Assembly: GCA_951406725.2 (NCBI GenBank)
Contig: OX597817.1
Span: 82,274,001-82,338,000, forward strand
Source of the DNA: Octopus vulgaris
Taxonomy: Eukaryota
DNA: 64,000 bases
Direction of reading: 5' to 3'
In this document: positions 12,888-24,297 of the stretch, in pieces
Position numbering within the stretch: position 1 is the stretch's first letter
Layout of the letters: each line of letters starts with the position of its first letter
Position numbers and translations under genes: made by a program
The notes under the pieces: model-generated
Databases searched by the model: none
The model's input: the letters and a program-made list of their open reading frames with translations, nothing else
What the model was told of the DNA's origin: nothing

Positions 12888-13198
12888 ATTAGTGTTTAGG
12901 GTATTCGACTCATGATCGTTTCATCGCAAGTTAGAATGCCACCGGTGTGTTTAGCTCTCGAGCAAGACACTTTATTTTACGTTGCTCCTGTGTACTTAGC
13001 TGGTAAAAATGAGTAGTATCTGTATTTCAAAAAGCCAGCCTTGTCACATTATGTGTTGCACTGAATCTCCCTAAGAACTACGTTAAGGGTTCGCTTGTCT
13101 GTGAAGCGCTCAGCCACTTGTACGTTTATTTCACGAACAGGCTGTTCCGTTGAACGGCTCACCTGATACACACGTCGTCGTAATCGACGATGTGCCAA
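12888..13198 (+). mobile_element. tRNA-derived SINE (family related to 59151 and 56469)
   Basis: TAGTGTTTAG A-box-like head, GAGCAAGACACTTTATTT core, and a tail GAATCTCCCTAAGAACTACGTTAAGGG shared with 59151-59505. Confidence 0.75.
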
Positions 13199-13418
13199 TT
13201 TTTTCTGTAAAAATTAATAAATATTAACTCTTTTAAAAAGTATTGAAATATCTTTCATTTTAATGTTAAATTGCTTTTATCTATAACACAATATAAATAA
13301 TCAATATATGTATATACACACACACACGCATATATATATATATATATATATATATGTAGATATATATGTGTGTACATATGTATACATGTATATATATATA
13401 TATATGCTATATATATAA

Positions 13419-13461
<43 letters not shown>

Positions 13462-13762
13462 GCATACATATGTATACACACACAGGTACAAAGTTGTGTA
13501 GATATAAATACATGTATACGTATATTTTGTGTGTGTAGGGAGACAGAAAGAGAGAAAGAGAGAAAGAGAGAAACTGTTGAGATGGGTTGTTTTATTTTGA
13601 TTTGTGTTTCGTATCAAAAACATCACGTCATTTGTACGTCACAAGTGGCGTCAGATAAGGACACTTTAAGTGATAAGGAGCGCACTCAACCACATTGCCC
13701 CTATTTCCAGTAATCACGCGATCGTTGTAACCTGCAAGACCTGGCCTTATTACTGCAAAATC

Positions 13763-13788
13763 TTCTTCTACTACTGCTGCTGCTGCTT

Positions 13789-13871
<83 letters not shown>

Positions 13872-13873
13872 GC
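13763..13873. repeat. (CTA)n/(CTG)n trinucleotide microsatellite
   Basis: Direct reading. Confidence 0.95.
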
Positions 13874-13874
13874 T

Positions 13875-14230
13875 TTCTATCATAGGCAAGGGAACTTGTC
13901 AATTACATCTACCCCAACACTTGACAGGTAGCTATCTAATCGACCTCAGAAGGATGAAAGATAAAGTTAAACTTTGCTTTTAGCGTGAAAGGCAGAGGTT
14001 AACGGAATCAACATTTTGTCCGACGCGCTAAAGTTTCAGAGAGCTCATCGTCTAATAATAATCTTCTCTACTATGGGCCCAAGGCTTGAAATTTCTGGGG
14101 AGGGTAACAGTCTATTTTATCGAACCCCGAAAGAGATGAACGGCAAAACCGACCTTGACTCAGAACGTTAAGCCAGAAGAGATCCTGCTGAGAATTTTGT
14201 TCATCGTGCTAATGATTCTACCACTTGGGC
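13875..14230 (-). mobile_element. two decayed SINE copies of the 521-889 family
   Basis: ATCGACCTCAGAAGGATGAAAG and ATCGAACCCCGAAAGAGATGAACGGCAAA cores. Confidence 0.65.
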
Positions 14231-14389
14231 CCAAAACAAGGAGGGCAATACCGAAGAACGACTTACAGCACACAATCACAAAACAAACAAAAATACAAAA
14301 GCAGATGGGGCTTATATCAATCAAAGGGAGATAATGCCACGTTAAAGGGTATAACATAGAATATGTAATAGAAATTAGAGTAATGAATA

Positions 14390-14730
14390 ATAAATAAGTA
14401 ATCATAATCTCCAAAAGCGGGGAAATCTACTGAGGGTAATTCGGGGTAAGCTCCAAGCAAGAATCCCGGATTGCTCTGCCATCCCCAAGGTATAGGAAAG
14501 TGCCATCTTCCAGTTTCTTTCCTCCTACTGAGAAAAGTACACTCAGAGTTTGTCTATTCGGTCTCACCAGTCTTACCATTGTCGACCACCTTTTGCTAAA
14601 CACACTAGAAGGCAGTACCTCCCTCTCTGCTCTTACCTTCATCTTCAAATGGTATTTGAAGAAATTGACGAATTTTTTGCCAGACAGGAAAGTGCCTGTC
14701 TTCAAACTTTTCAGACGAATCCACCACGCA
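14390..14730 (-). mobile_element. Tx1/L1-clade LINE ORF2 C-terminal fragment
   Basis: FFKYHLKMKVRAEREVLPSSVFSKRW is homologous to FLKVHLKRKVMVEREVLSSSDFMKKW at 48.8 kb. Confidence 0.7.
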
Positions 14731-14785
14731 GCTTTTAATAAAAATAGTAGTAGTAGTGGTAGTAGTAGTAGTAGTAGTAGTAGTA

Positions 14786-14834
<49 letters not shown>

Positions 14835-14839
<5 letters not shown>

Positions 14840-15223
14840 GGCAATTAAGGAAAGAAACAGAGAGCCTGCTTGTAGCAGCCTAGAATCAATCGATAAAAAA
14901 CAACTTGAGAAAAAATATATATGGGGAGAATGTATCAGAAAAATATAGAGCCTGTGGAATTTGGAACGAGAAAGTGGTACACGTTGTAGAAGAATGCTCC
15001 AAGTTGGCAGAGGAAGAGTGTAAGAAATGGAGGTACGGCCAGGTTGTAAAAGTTTTGTAGTGGAAACTGTGCCAGAAATGGTGATTTGAAGCTGGAAAAG
15101 ATGGTACAATTTCACGAGTCGAGGGGTACCGGTGTCGGAGAAATGTTAGATCTTGTGGGACTTTCCGATTCAAACAGACAAGAAGTTAGTAAATATTAAA
15201 TCAGACATAACGATTATAGATAA
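14835..15223 (+). mobile_element. R4/Dong-type (RLE) LINE fragment, left part, following a (TAA)n tract
   Basis: LRKETESLLVAA*NQSI...KYRACGIWNEKVVHVVEECSKLA (CCHC-like)...ILWDFPIQTDKKLVNIKSDITIID; interrupted by the Helitron. Confidence 0.75.
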
Positions 15224-15307
15224 CTAGCATTATGACCCGTCGTTGCCGGGTCATAGTGCTAGTGCATGTATATATGTGTATATATATGTGTACATATTAC
15301 ATGTACA

Positions 15308-15389
<82 letters not shown>

Positions 15390-16877
15390 AAATACAAAAT
15401 ACAAAGTTATATCTTGATATCGCTAGTGATAACAATACTCAAAATATATAACAGACTGGAATTGTAGGCCCGTCTCTTGCAATTTCGATCAATTGTATCT
15501 TGTCCTCCCTCTTGTATAGAAGTGTGGCTACAATCCAGCCTACCTCTAATTCTGGGGGGGACATTTTAAATTTTTATCCGGGACGTCCTACGTCCCAGAT
15601 ATAAAGGTAAAAATAAAATATTTCCACTTTGCAAGGTTCGAGTCGAGTACTCCCTTGCACGCTCCGTTGACTCGAGCCTTGCTTCTATTGTGGCGAATTT
15701 ACCGCCACTGGTTAGATATCTTTCATCGTCGCACCAAGACACTTTTCGATGGTGCTTTCTTCCAGGTGTTCACATCTTTTTATTTTCTCTACATTGTATA
15801 CTTTATAGACAATAGTCTTTTCTTTAATTTAATTTTTTATTTCGTTTGGTGGTTTTATCCTAGATTCACCGTCTTTGTCGATGATCAATCCGAAATAGGT
15901 TTGTATTTCTTCCATTTTAATTTTAATGAGTTCGCGCCCGCCGACGGCTGCCGCGAAATTCATTTTTGAATTTTCTTCTATCGAAGGCATTCTAACAAAA
16001 ATGCTTCCGTATAAACGGTGAAAATATTGTCAATTTCCCCAAACAGGGACACAATTCAATTTTTAAACAATAACCAAAGCTCCTTCTCCCAAAGGGGGAG
16101 GGTTACAGTTTACAATTATTTAACAAATGCAACACAACAACGTTTCCCTTACGAGGAACCAACAAACGTGATAACAATAGTCAAACAGTAATAATAATAA
16201 CAACAAACCTTACGGTGAATCAAAAAGCGGTACTCAGTTGAAGCTATAGTCCTTTATGTATAAGAAATAAACTAACAGCTGTACTCAGTAAAAGCGGTTG
16301 TTCGAGAAAACACATTACATACAGCCAAACTTCATATAGATACTTAATGCTAGCTAATTAGCAGATAATCTAATGTAAAAGCCGTGGTAAAAGGTATGTG
16401 CACACCTCCATCTGGACTATTCCATTTCTGCACGCTAATTTTATTTTCATTTTATTCCCATTCATGTGAAACCACTTATTCAAGTTCAAGTCATTGATGC
16501 AATTTTATACCAATTGCTATTTTTACATTTGTTATGTTACGACTATATTATACTTTAGTTTGATTTTAATTATTACATACTACATATAATTCAATTGTTA
16601 TTATTATCTTTATTTTTATTGTTAAAGTGAAAGTATCTGATATAAAATAGAGAAATGTTTTTGTTTCACCTTTAACACGTAATACTGAAATAGTGGAGAA
16701 TATATGATATTGCTATGGGCTCGCCCTTGGCAAGAAGTTGAACATTTTTTTGCCCATGAAACTACATGGACCCTAAGTAAGGCATGTGTAAAATTTGAAT
16801 GAAATTGGTTGTGTAGTTCTCAAGTTTTAGGGAAACACACAGACAGACACACATTCTCAGTTTTATATATAGAGAGA
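15224..16877 (-). mobile_element. non-autonomous Helitron (1654 bp)
   Basis: Minus strand starts 5'-TC(TCTCTATATATAAAAC) at 16877 and ends with hairpin ATGACCCG-GCAACGA-CGGGTCAT followed by AATGCTAG-3' at 15224. Inserted between A and T with no TSD; removing it restores the host LINE frame (IID-N-EKRSCLRINPSCPFD). Confidence 0.85.
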
Positions 16878-17010
16878 TGAAAAGCGTAGTTGCTTACGTA
16901 TCAACCCATCATGCCCTTTTGATTCCAAGATCGTAAAGAAAGAGGAAGAAAAAAAAGATACAATCCCTTAAAATTTGAAATAAGAAGAATTTGGGCATGC
17001 GAACAGTTGT
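16878..17010 (+). mobile_element. R4/Dong-type LINE fragment, right part (RLE nuclease region)
   Basis: EKRSCLRINPSCPFDSKIVKKEEEKK..YNPLKFEIRRIW continues the 14835-15223 frame. Confidence 0.7.
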
Positions 17011-17184
17011 TCCCGTTGTTCCACCTCCTTTCGTTCAGGGAGGATTGCTGGCCTGCTCACCTAGCCAGCAGTATGACGTCATTTGAAAGTTAAAACAACG
17101 AAAAGGCACATTGTGACTAGCAATGTGTAACGTATCTGATAGCCCGATCGGCTACATCTCCTGATCACCTGATATACACATATG

Positions 17185-17222
<38 letters not shown>

Positions 17223-17233
17223 TATATGCACGC

Positions 17234-17462
17234 GTGTGTGTCTTGGTGTATGTGTTTGTCCCTCACTACCGTTTGACAGTCAGTGAGGATTTGCTTATGT
17301 CCCCTTAACTTTGCGGTTTGGCAAAAAGGGAACGATGGTATAAGTATTAAGTTAAAATAAAAATAACAAGTACTGGGGTCCAGTTGTTCGACTGAATCCT
17401 TCAGAGTGGTGCCCCAGAATGGCCCAGTCCAATGACTGAAACTTGTAAGAGATAAAAGATAG
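17234..17462 (+). mobile_element. SINE 3' half (microsatellite-carrying family)
   Basis: TACTGGGGTC...TTCGACT...GGTGCCCCAG(C)ATGGCC...CAATGACTGAAAC tail shared with 17765, 24540 and 61350. Confidence 0.75.
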
Positions 17463-17764
17463 ATTATTATTATCGTTGTTGTTTTGTTTGCTATTTCTTA
17501 AAATGTTATTGTTGTCTGATAAAGAATTGTGTTTTCTTCTTATCTTTCTTCCATTTTTACTAGTCATTTTCGCTTTTTAAAAAAATGTTTTCTTTATTCG
17601 CTTTCTTGGCTACGGAATTATTAATTTGATAGCAAGCAGCCATATTTACAAAATTGACGACGAAAGAAAGGAGAAAAAAAATATTTCAGAAGACGAAACT
17701 TTTGAGGTCGGTTACAAAAATACAATAGATCTATAGTTTTGAAAAGTTTCGAATCTTGAAATTC

Positions 17765-18180
17765 ATATCTTTTATCTTTTATCTTTAATCTGTTTCAGAC
17801 ATTAGACTGCGGCCATGCTGGTACACTGTATCGAAGTACGTTAAGTTGAATGACTCGAATCCAGTACTTATTTTATTTTCTAAACCTCATACTTATTCCA
17901 TCAGTTTTCCTTTTGCCGAACTGTTTGGTTATAGGGACGTAAACAAACCAACAAGGGTTATCTAGCGCTGACGATGAACATGACACAAAGCACACACACA
18001 CACACACACAAACACACACAAACACCCACACATACACATACACATTCTTATGTATGTACGACGTGTTTCTCTCACTTTCTGTCCACCAAATCCACTCACA
18101 AGGCTGTTGTCGGCCCGAGGCATTAGTAGAAAATACTTGCCCAAGGTGTCACGAAGTGAGGCTGAACCCATTACCACACA
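17765..18180 (-). mobile_element. tRNA-derived SINE with internal (CA)n tract
   Basis: Homologous to 61350-61700 (CAAATCCACTCACAAGGC, ACTTGCCCAAGGTG, GCGGCCATGCTGG). Confidence 0.8.
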
Positions 18181-18269
18181 GCTACACCTGCGCCTGTAAG
18201 CCACGCCTGATGTTAGAAAATATAAAAATATCTTTTATTTACACTTTGTAAAAATCACGTGTTCGGAGA

Positions 18270-19340
18270 GACTGATGACGAGTCATGGAACAGAGGTCAA
18301 GTCCTTCATTTAGACGTACTTGAAGCTGCAACTGATAGAGCTCCATGAACAGCAATTTGAGTGACCGGTTGATACTGTAGATTTTTGTCCTTTTAGGTTT
18401 ACCACTACTTTGGGCTGTAAGGGGTCTAATTTACCGGTACTGGTATAACAGCCGGGATTTCGTCTCTGAATGACCTGTCGTAAACCGTTTCTATCGCCAT
18501 CCACTAGAGTGTACAGATTTAAGATCGTTAGTGGACTTGTGTTATCATGAACACTTCAACATCAATATCCAAAAAGTGCATTCCAGATTTTTGCGACATT
18601 TTTGGGAGAGACATTTATTAATTTCAAATAAGTACAATACTCTAATCTTCTAGAATTCTATAACCTCAATGCACTTGTTGTAATGGTCTAGTTACTTTGT
18701 AAAGGTCCAATGGAACTCTGACAAAATATCCTTCGTGTTCAAAACAACTGCCCCTGAAGCTGTTTGGGAAACAAACAGAAAGTCACAGAAAGCTAAGTTT
18801 AGGCTGTAGCAGGAGAAGGGACAGTTTTGATGCCCGTCTCTGTCAAGTAGTTGTTTACCAGTATAGAACCAGTATTATGTGACAAAATGAAATGCATTTC
18901 TAGCTGACCTTTCTATATGCATTCATTCAAGAATCCTTCAATGAGTGCAGAGATGTCACTTTCACTCTTCGAAGACTTCTAAAATATCCAGGGAATGCAC
19001 ACAAAATTCTCGGGCTGAAAGGCATTTGGTTTTGTCACATAATACTCGCATGCAATCTTTTGTTTTCCGTCTAATTCAAACTTTGTTTGGTGTATGTTTT
19101 ATCTACAAATCAAGAAACTCATCATCCTCATTAAAATTCCAGTCATTATTTGTATTTTAAAAATATTGTTTGTTCGTGTGTGTTGGTGCGTTGTTTCTAT
19201 GTTGCTATGGTTAAGTATATCACCATGACTGTTTTTTAAAGAACTATCTCCTCGGGAATGTAAATATATTCTCTTTCCAAAATGCTTGTATTTCGTTGTA
19301 AAATAGTGTCTAAATTCAGTGAAAAGGCATTCTCTTTCTG
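18270..19340 (-). mobile_element. highly decayed LINE (APE/RT) remnant
   Basis: Fragmentary motifs resembling GDFN and KGxKxxxxNYRPV; boundaries approximate. Confidence 0.35.
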
Positions 19341-19627
19341 TAAGGTTCCTTTTAGTAGTTGTTCCCTGGTTGTCATTTCATAGATGTATATATAAACAAG
19401 GCGGTGAACTGGCAGAATCGACTCCAGTATTTCACAGGTACTATATTTTATTGAGGAAGAATAAAAAGAAAAGTTGATTTCGGTGAAATTTTTACTTAAA
19501 ACGTATAGAGCCGAAACAAATATCGAATCACATTTCGTTTGTTTCTCTAGCGATTCGGCAAATTTACTGTCTTAATTTTTCATATATATTCTGACGTTAA
19601 GATGAAGAATTTCGTACAGCAATTTCT

Positions 19628-19997
19628 GGAGAGGGATTAAGTCAGTTACCTTGATCCCAGTGATAAACTGGTACTTATTTTCAGTAAAATGTAGTACCAG
19701 TTGGATGAAAGGCAAGTCGGTCTCGGCGTGATTTGAATACAGAACGTGAGGACGGACGAAATACCTATTTCTTTACTACCCACAAGGGGCTAAAAACAAA
19801 GAGGACAAACAAGGATAGACAAATGGATTAAGTCGATTATATCGACCTCAGTGCGTAACTGGCACTTATTTAATCGACCCTCGAAAGGATGAAAGGCAAA
19901 TTCGCCCTCGGCGGAATTTGAACTCAGAACGTAGCGGCAGACAAAATACCGCTAAGCATTTCGCCCGGCGTGCTAACTGTTCTGCCATCTTTCCACC
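19628..19997 (-). mobile_element. dimeric tRNA-derived SINE (same junction as 521-889)
   Basis: Shared junction AAATACC|TATTTCTTTACTA(C/T)CCACAAGGGGCTAAA. Confidence 0.85.
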
Positions 19998-20414
19998 ATA
20001 AGCGCCTCAAATAGAAGAAACTTTATCTCGTCCTAATGCTGTTGCATTAAAAATATATATAAAATATATGCTTTAGGAATTTTCTTTAAAACTACTATTT
20101 TGCAAAATGTCGTGAGTGAGTATCCAGTGTTAATGCAGCTGTCATTATTTATGATGCAACCCAGAACGTAGATTTTTTTTTTGAAGAACAACTATATTGA
20201 TTCTTGCAAATAGAATAAATATAGCCTAAGCAAGAAATTTATGAACGCTGCCTAACCTAACTTAATAAGAAAATAATCTGCAGGCGTTACCTTGCAGGAA
20301 TTTCACAAAAAATAAAAAATTCAATATTATATATTAGATACATACCCATACATATATACATATGCGCACACAGAGAAGCATAATTCTATAGGTATGAAAT
20401 GCATATACATACAT

Positions 20415-20501
<87 letters not shown>

Positions 20502-20513
20502 TATATATATATA

Positions 20514-20942
20514 GTGTTTAGTGGTTAGCCATATTTAGATGGCAAATATACTTCACATTGTCGTGCAGTTACTGTCTATACCTCGTTCGGAGATTTATTA
20601 TTGCTTGTATACACTTTTTCAAGATCAGTGAGGAAAAGTCACTGGAAAAAGGATATATGTATTTACATTGGGACCCTTCCATCGAAAACCGGTGACTGTC
20701 GTGCGCTGATGACGGGTCAATACCCAGAAACTGCAGTCCGTGCGGATCACTTAGGTTGACGAGGGAAGGATGACCTCCCTTTGCAAATACTGATAGGGCA
20801 CAGAAAGTGTGTCAATAGCCAACTGGAGCTACAAGCTACAGTAATATCCACCCTTGGTGTTTAGTCATATTTAGATGGCAAATATACTTCACATTGTCGT
20901 GCAGTTACTGTCTATACCTCGTTCAGAGATTTATTATTTCTT
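20514..20942 (+). mobile_element. retrozyme-like element family A: ~1.25 tandem units of a ~336-353-nt monomer in a TA tract
   Basis: ATATTTAGATGGCAAATATACTTCACATTGTCGTGCAGTTACTGTCTATACCTCGTTC occurs at 20531 and again at 20867 (period 336); contains a hammerhead; no ORF. Confidence 0.8.
20692..20750 (+). ncRNA. Type I hammerhead ribozyme (palindromic stem III)
   Basis: Stem I UCGUGCG/CGUGCGG plus GUGA/UCAC; CUGAUGA 20706-20712; stem II (C)GGGU[CAAU]ACCC(A); GAAA 20727-20730; C[UGCA]GUC with cleavage predicted after 20738. Confidence 0.8.
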
Positions 20943-20965
20943 ATATATATATACATATATAAATA

Positions 20966-21053
<88 letters not shown>

Positions 21054-21056
21054 ATA

Positions 21057-21100
<44 letters not shown>

Positions 21101-21111
21101 TAATTTAAAAA

Positions 21112-21179
<68 letters not shown>

Positions 21180-21290
21180 TATGAATATATATAATTTAAA
21201 AATTAATAATAAAAAGGTAAAATTAATTAATTAATCAATAATTTTACCAAGTAGATCGGTACGTTAAAATAACCTTTATAGGTAAAATTA

Positions 21291-21563
21291 TACAAATATT
21301 CTATAATTATAAACATAATTATAATTAGGGGTCAGCTAATTGCTTCACCACATACCGAATTTACAAATAGGAGTTAAATAATTCCTTTTCTACTACCGTA
21401 AGAATCTCCCAGACAGTAACACACTTTTTTCTCTTTGCCTACGTAAAAGAAAGGCTGTTAATCTCTGGGTGATTTTTAACTCCTATTTCTAAATTCGGTA
21501 TGTGGTGAAGCAATTAGCTGACCACTAATTATAATTATGTTTATAATTATAGAATATTTGTAT
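21291..21563. mobile_element. TA-flanked fold-back (~87-bp arms, ~100-nt structured loop)
   Basis: TACAAATATTCTATAATTATAAACATAATT...ATAGGAGTTAAA is inverted at about 21477-21563. Confidence 0.85.
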
Positions 21564-21570
21564 ATATATA

Positions 21571-21867
21571 TAATGATAGAAATGGTAAGACAACAAAAGA
21601 ATGAAAGAGACCTCGATATTATGTAAATAGAGGAATATATCTGTAAATGCAATTTGTGATAATTATTCGGCAACCGTGATAAAACTCCGAGTTTCGGATG
21701 TCGGGGTGGAAATCCACGCCGCCATCTCTTCAGTTATCCGGCCATCGGTCATTTTCATAGTATTTTTCCGATGGCCGGATAACTGAAGAGATGGCGGCAT
21801 GGATTTCCACCCTGACATCCGAAACTCGGAGTTTTATCACGGCTACCGAATAATTGTCACATATTAC

Positions 21868-21874
<7 letters not shown>
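21571..21874. mobile_element. fold-back element with a hammerhead in each arm
   Basis: Arms about 21642-21748 and 21768-21874 are near-perfect reverse complements, lying between TA and CA tracts. Confidence 0.85.
21774..21843 (+). ncRNA. Type I hammerhead ribozyme with long stem II (mirror copy on - strand at 21674-21742)
   Basis: Stem I GCCG-GAUAA/UUAUC-A-CGGC; CUGAAGA 21783-21789; stem II GAUG...UGGA UU UCCA...CAUC plus one extra C; GAAA 21821-21824; ACU[CGG]AGU; GUU triplet ending at 21833. Confidence 0.8.
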
Positions 21875-21907
<33 letters not shown>

Positions 21908-21982
21908 CACACACACACACACTCATATATACATATATATACATATATATACATATATATATATATACATATATATATATAC

Positions 21983-22049
<67 letters not shown>

Positions 22050-22050
<1 letters not shown>

Positions 22051-22247
22051 TTTATTTTAAGCAGCAGAAAATTCAACAAAATCTGTTACTCTGAGTTTCT
22101 CGTTAAACTGTCTGATGAACGGCAACGAGAAACTCAGAGTAACAGATTTTGTTGAATTTTCTGCTGCTTAAAATAAAGCATATTACTCTACCACTGGTAT
22201 TTGAGTACTCTTTTTTCCACCTTGTTTCACATTTATGTGTTTACTCC

Positions 22248-22250
<3 letters not shown>
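22050..22250 (+). mobile_element. TA-flanked fold-back (55-bp perfect arms) with minimal hammerhead
   Basis: Arms 22050-22104 and 22124-22178 are exact reverse complements. Confidence 0.85.
22105..22148 (+). ncRNA. minimal Type I hammerhead ribozyme
   Basis: CUGU/ACAG stem I; CUGAUGA 22112-22118; (A)CG[GCAA]CG(A); GAAA 22129-22132; ACU[CAG]AGU; GUA triplet ending at 22141. Confidence 0.65.
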
Positions 22251-22287
<37 letters not shown>

Positions 22288-23707
22288 AATATATATATAT
22301 ACATACATATATATATATGTATATATATACATATATATATATATACATACATATACATATATACATATGTATATGTATGTATGTCTATATGTGTGTGAGT
22401 GTGTTTGTCTATGTATGTATGTATCTATGTATGTGTGCCTAGGGAAAATTCATGTGTATGCATCCATACAAAGATAGTAGATATATGTAAAACGTTGACA
22501 TTTAAATATCTCTCTCTTTTTTGCTTCTTCTCCCCTCTCTCTTCCACTCCATATCACACACTCTCTCTCTCACTCTCTCAGACATCCACAGAGATACATT
22601 CATTTGAAGCACAGAGTAACATACAAATAGTTGAGTATGCTTAGATAAACATGCTTAAGTAATCTTAAGTAAAATATATCTGACAGGACAATGGCCGTTT
22701 AAGAAAAGAGAAAAAAAAAGAAAAGAAAAGAAAGGTAAGATTCAGAATCCGAGGTGGTTGTCCGCATTGACAAATAGCGTGGCAGTGAAATACTGTAGAG
22801 TGACTTTATTTGGTTTGATGATGGGTTGGGTGTGTGGAGGGAATACAACGTTTCTGTTGTTTGTATTGCTTATGCGGAAGAGAATACATTGGCCGTAATT
22901 AAACAAATTTGGGAAAAGGAAATTTAAGTGAATTAGAGAATCTGAGAAATCAATGTGGTGGAACGAATTAACATTGATACAATACTATGGACGTACATAG
23001 AAATAAGATAGGAAGGATATGGAGTGGAAGAAAACATAAGAATCGAAACTAATCAAAGGACTTGATAGAATGGGAATAAAGTAAAGTGTCACGGAGTGTA
23101 GGATTACTCAGAATTATAAAGACAAGGTGCCCAGGAAGCGAGGCTGACTATAGTAGTAGAATATTGTGTAAGATAAGGTGGACTGAAATAGAGGAAGATA
23201 TTTCTAATATAGGAATAAGGTCTGAAAATTTGGGGATAATGGCGATAAGTGCTAATATATCAGCATTGTATGTATAAACATATGGATAGTGTATACAAAA
23301 GCTGTACTCAGCAGATATAAGGCTGAGCGATATATACATATATATCGACGTGTGGGGACACTCATAAAACATATGTATAAGTACATACACACATATATAT
23401 ATGTGTACGTACACATACACACACATGTCCTGTCTTACTTTGGGTCGTGAACTTCTTAGCGAAGTTCTATGAGATGTGATGACATACATTGCGTCTTGGG
23501 TACGTTTTAGATGTTGCGGCGTCCATATATATATTCAGATCAAATCACCGCCAATTTCTTCCAGGACAATTAGAGTCAGACAGAGTGAAAGGAAGAGATT
23601 AAGCATCTCCAGTAAAGGGTTGGTACTTTATTATTTATCGACCGTGAGAGGAAGAAAGACGGAATTGAATTGGCAAGTTTTGAACATAGGAAGCCGGAAC
23701 ATTTATA

Positions 23708-23815
23708 TATAGAAGGTCTTACAGCTGTTTCCGGGATATTATTTTATGTCCCTTCATCGGAGATGGTGAAGGGATATAAGAAATATCCAGAAAACAGCTG
23801 TAAGACTTATTTATA
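23708..23815. ncRNA. fold-back of two decayed hammerhead copies (palindromic ACAGCUGU stem III)
   Basis: Minus strand: UCU-CCGAUGA-AGGGACAU...AUAUCCCG-GAAAC-AGCU-GUA-AGA. Plus strand: UGGUGA-AGGGAUAU AAGAA AUAUCCA-GAAAAC-AGCU-GUA-AGAC. Each core carries lesions. Confidence 0.6.
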
Positions 23816-24065
23816 AAAGTTCTAAAATCTTCACAGTCTTGTTTTTTTTCCTCATTCTGAAAAAGAAAAGAGTTTTTTAATATATACACATGCTGATGTA
23901 TGATCTACGTTGGACTCCTTATTAGCATAATCACCGAACCTGGAGCTTAACTATAGTCCGTCTATAGCACTTACTCAGCATTACCTGACACCTTTGGGTC
24001 TTATTCACACCATTACCTATCATAATCATTCTCTCGCTCTCTCTCTGTTTATGTATGTATGTATG

Positions 24066-24097
<32 letters not shown>

Positions 24098-24265
24098 TGT
24101 ATGTATGTATGTATGTATGTATGTATGTATGTAGGTATGTATGTAGGTATGTATGTATGTATATATATATATATATAATTAGATAGATAGATACATGCAT
24201 ATATATATATATATATAAGTCTATATATGTCTCTTTCTCTCTCTCTTTCTTTCTCTCTCTGTCTT

Positions 24266-24297
<32 letters not shown>

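Noticed and set aside
20790-20820. Second hammerhead-like string CUGAUAG-GGCACA-GAAA-GUGUGUC
   Set aside because: The core is CUGAUAG rather than CUGANGA and no stem I forms; it reads better as a simple GCAC/GUGU hairpin.
22700-23330. Purine-rich stretch resembling a decayed LINE ORF1
   Set aside because: No intact zinc knuckle or other decisive motif.
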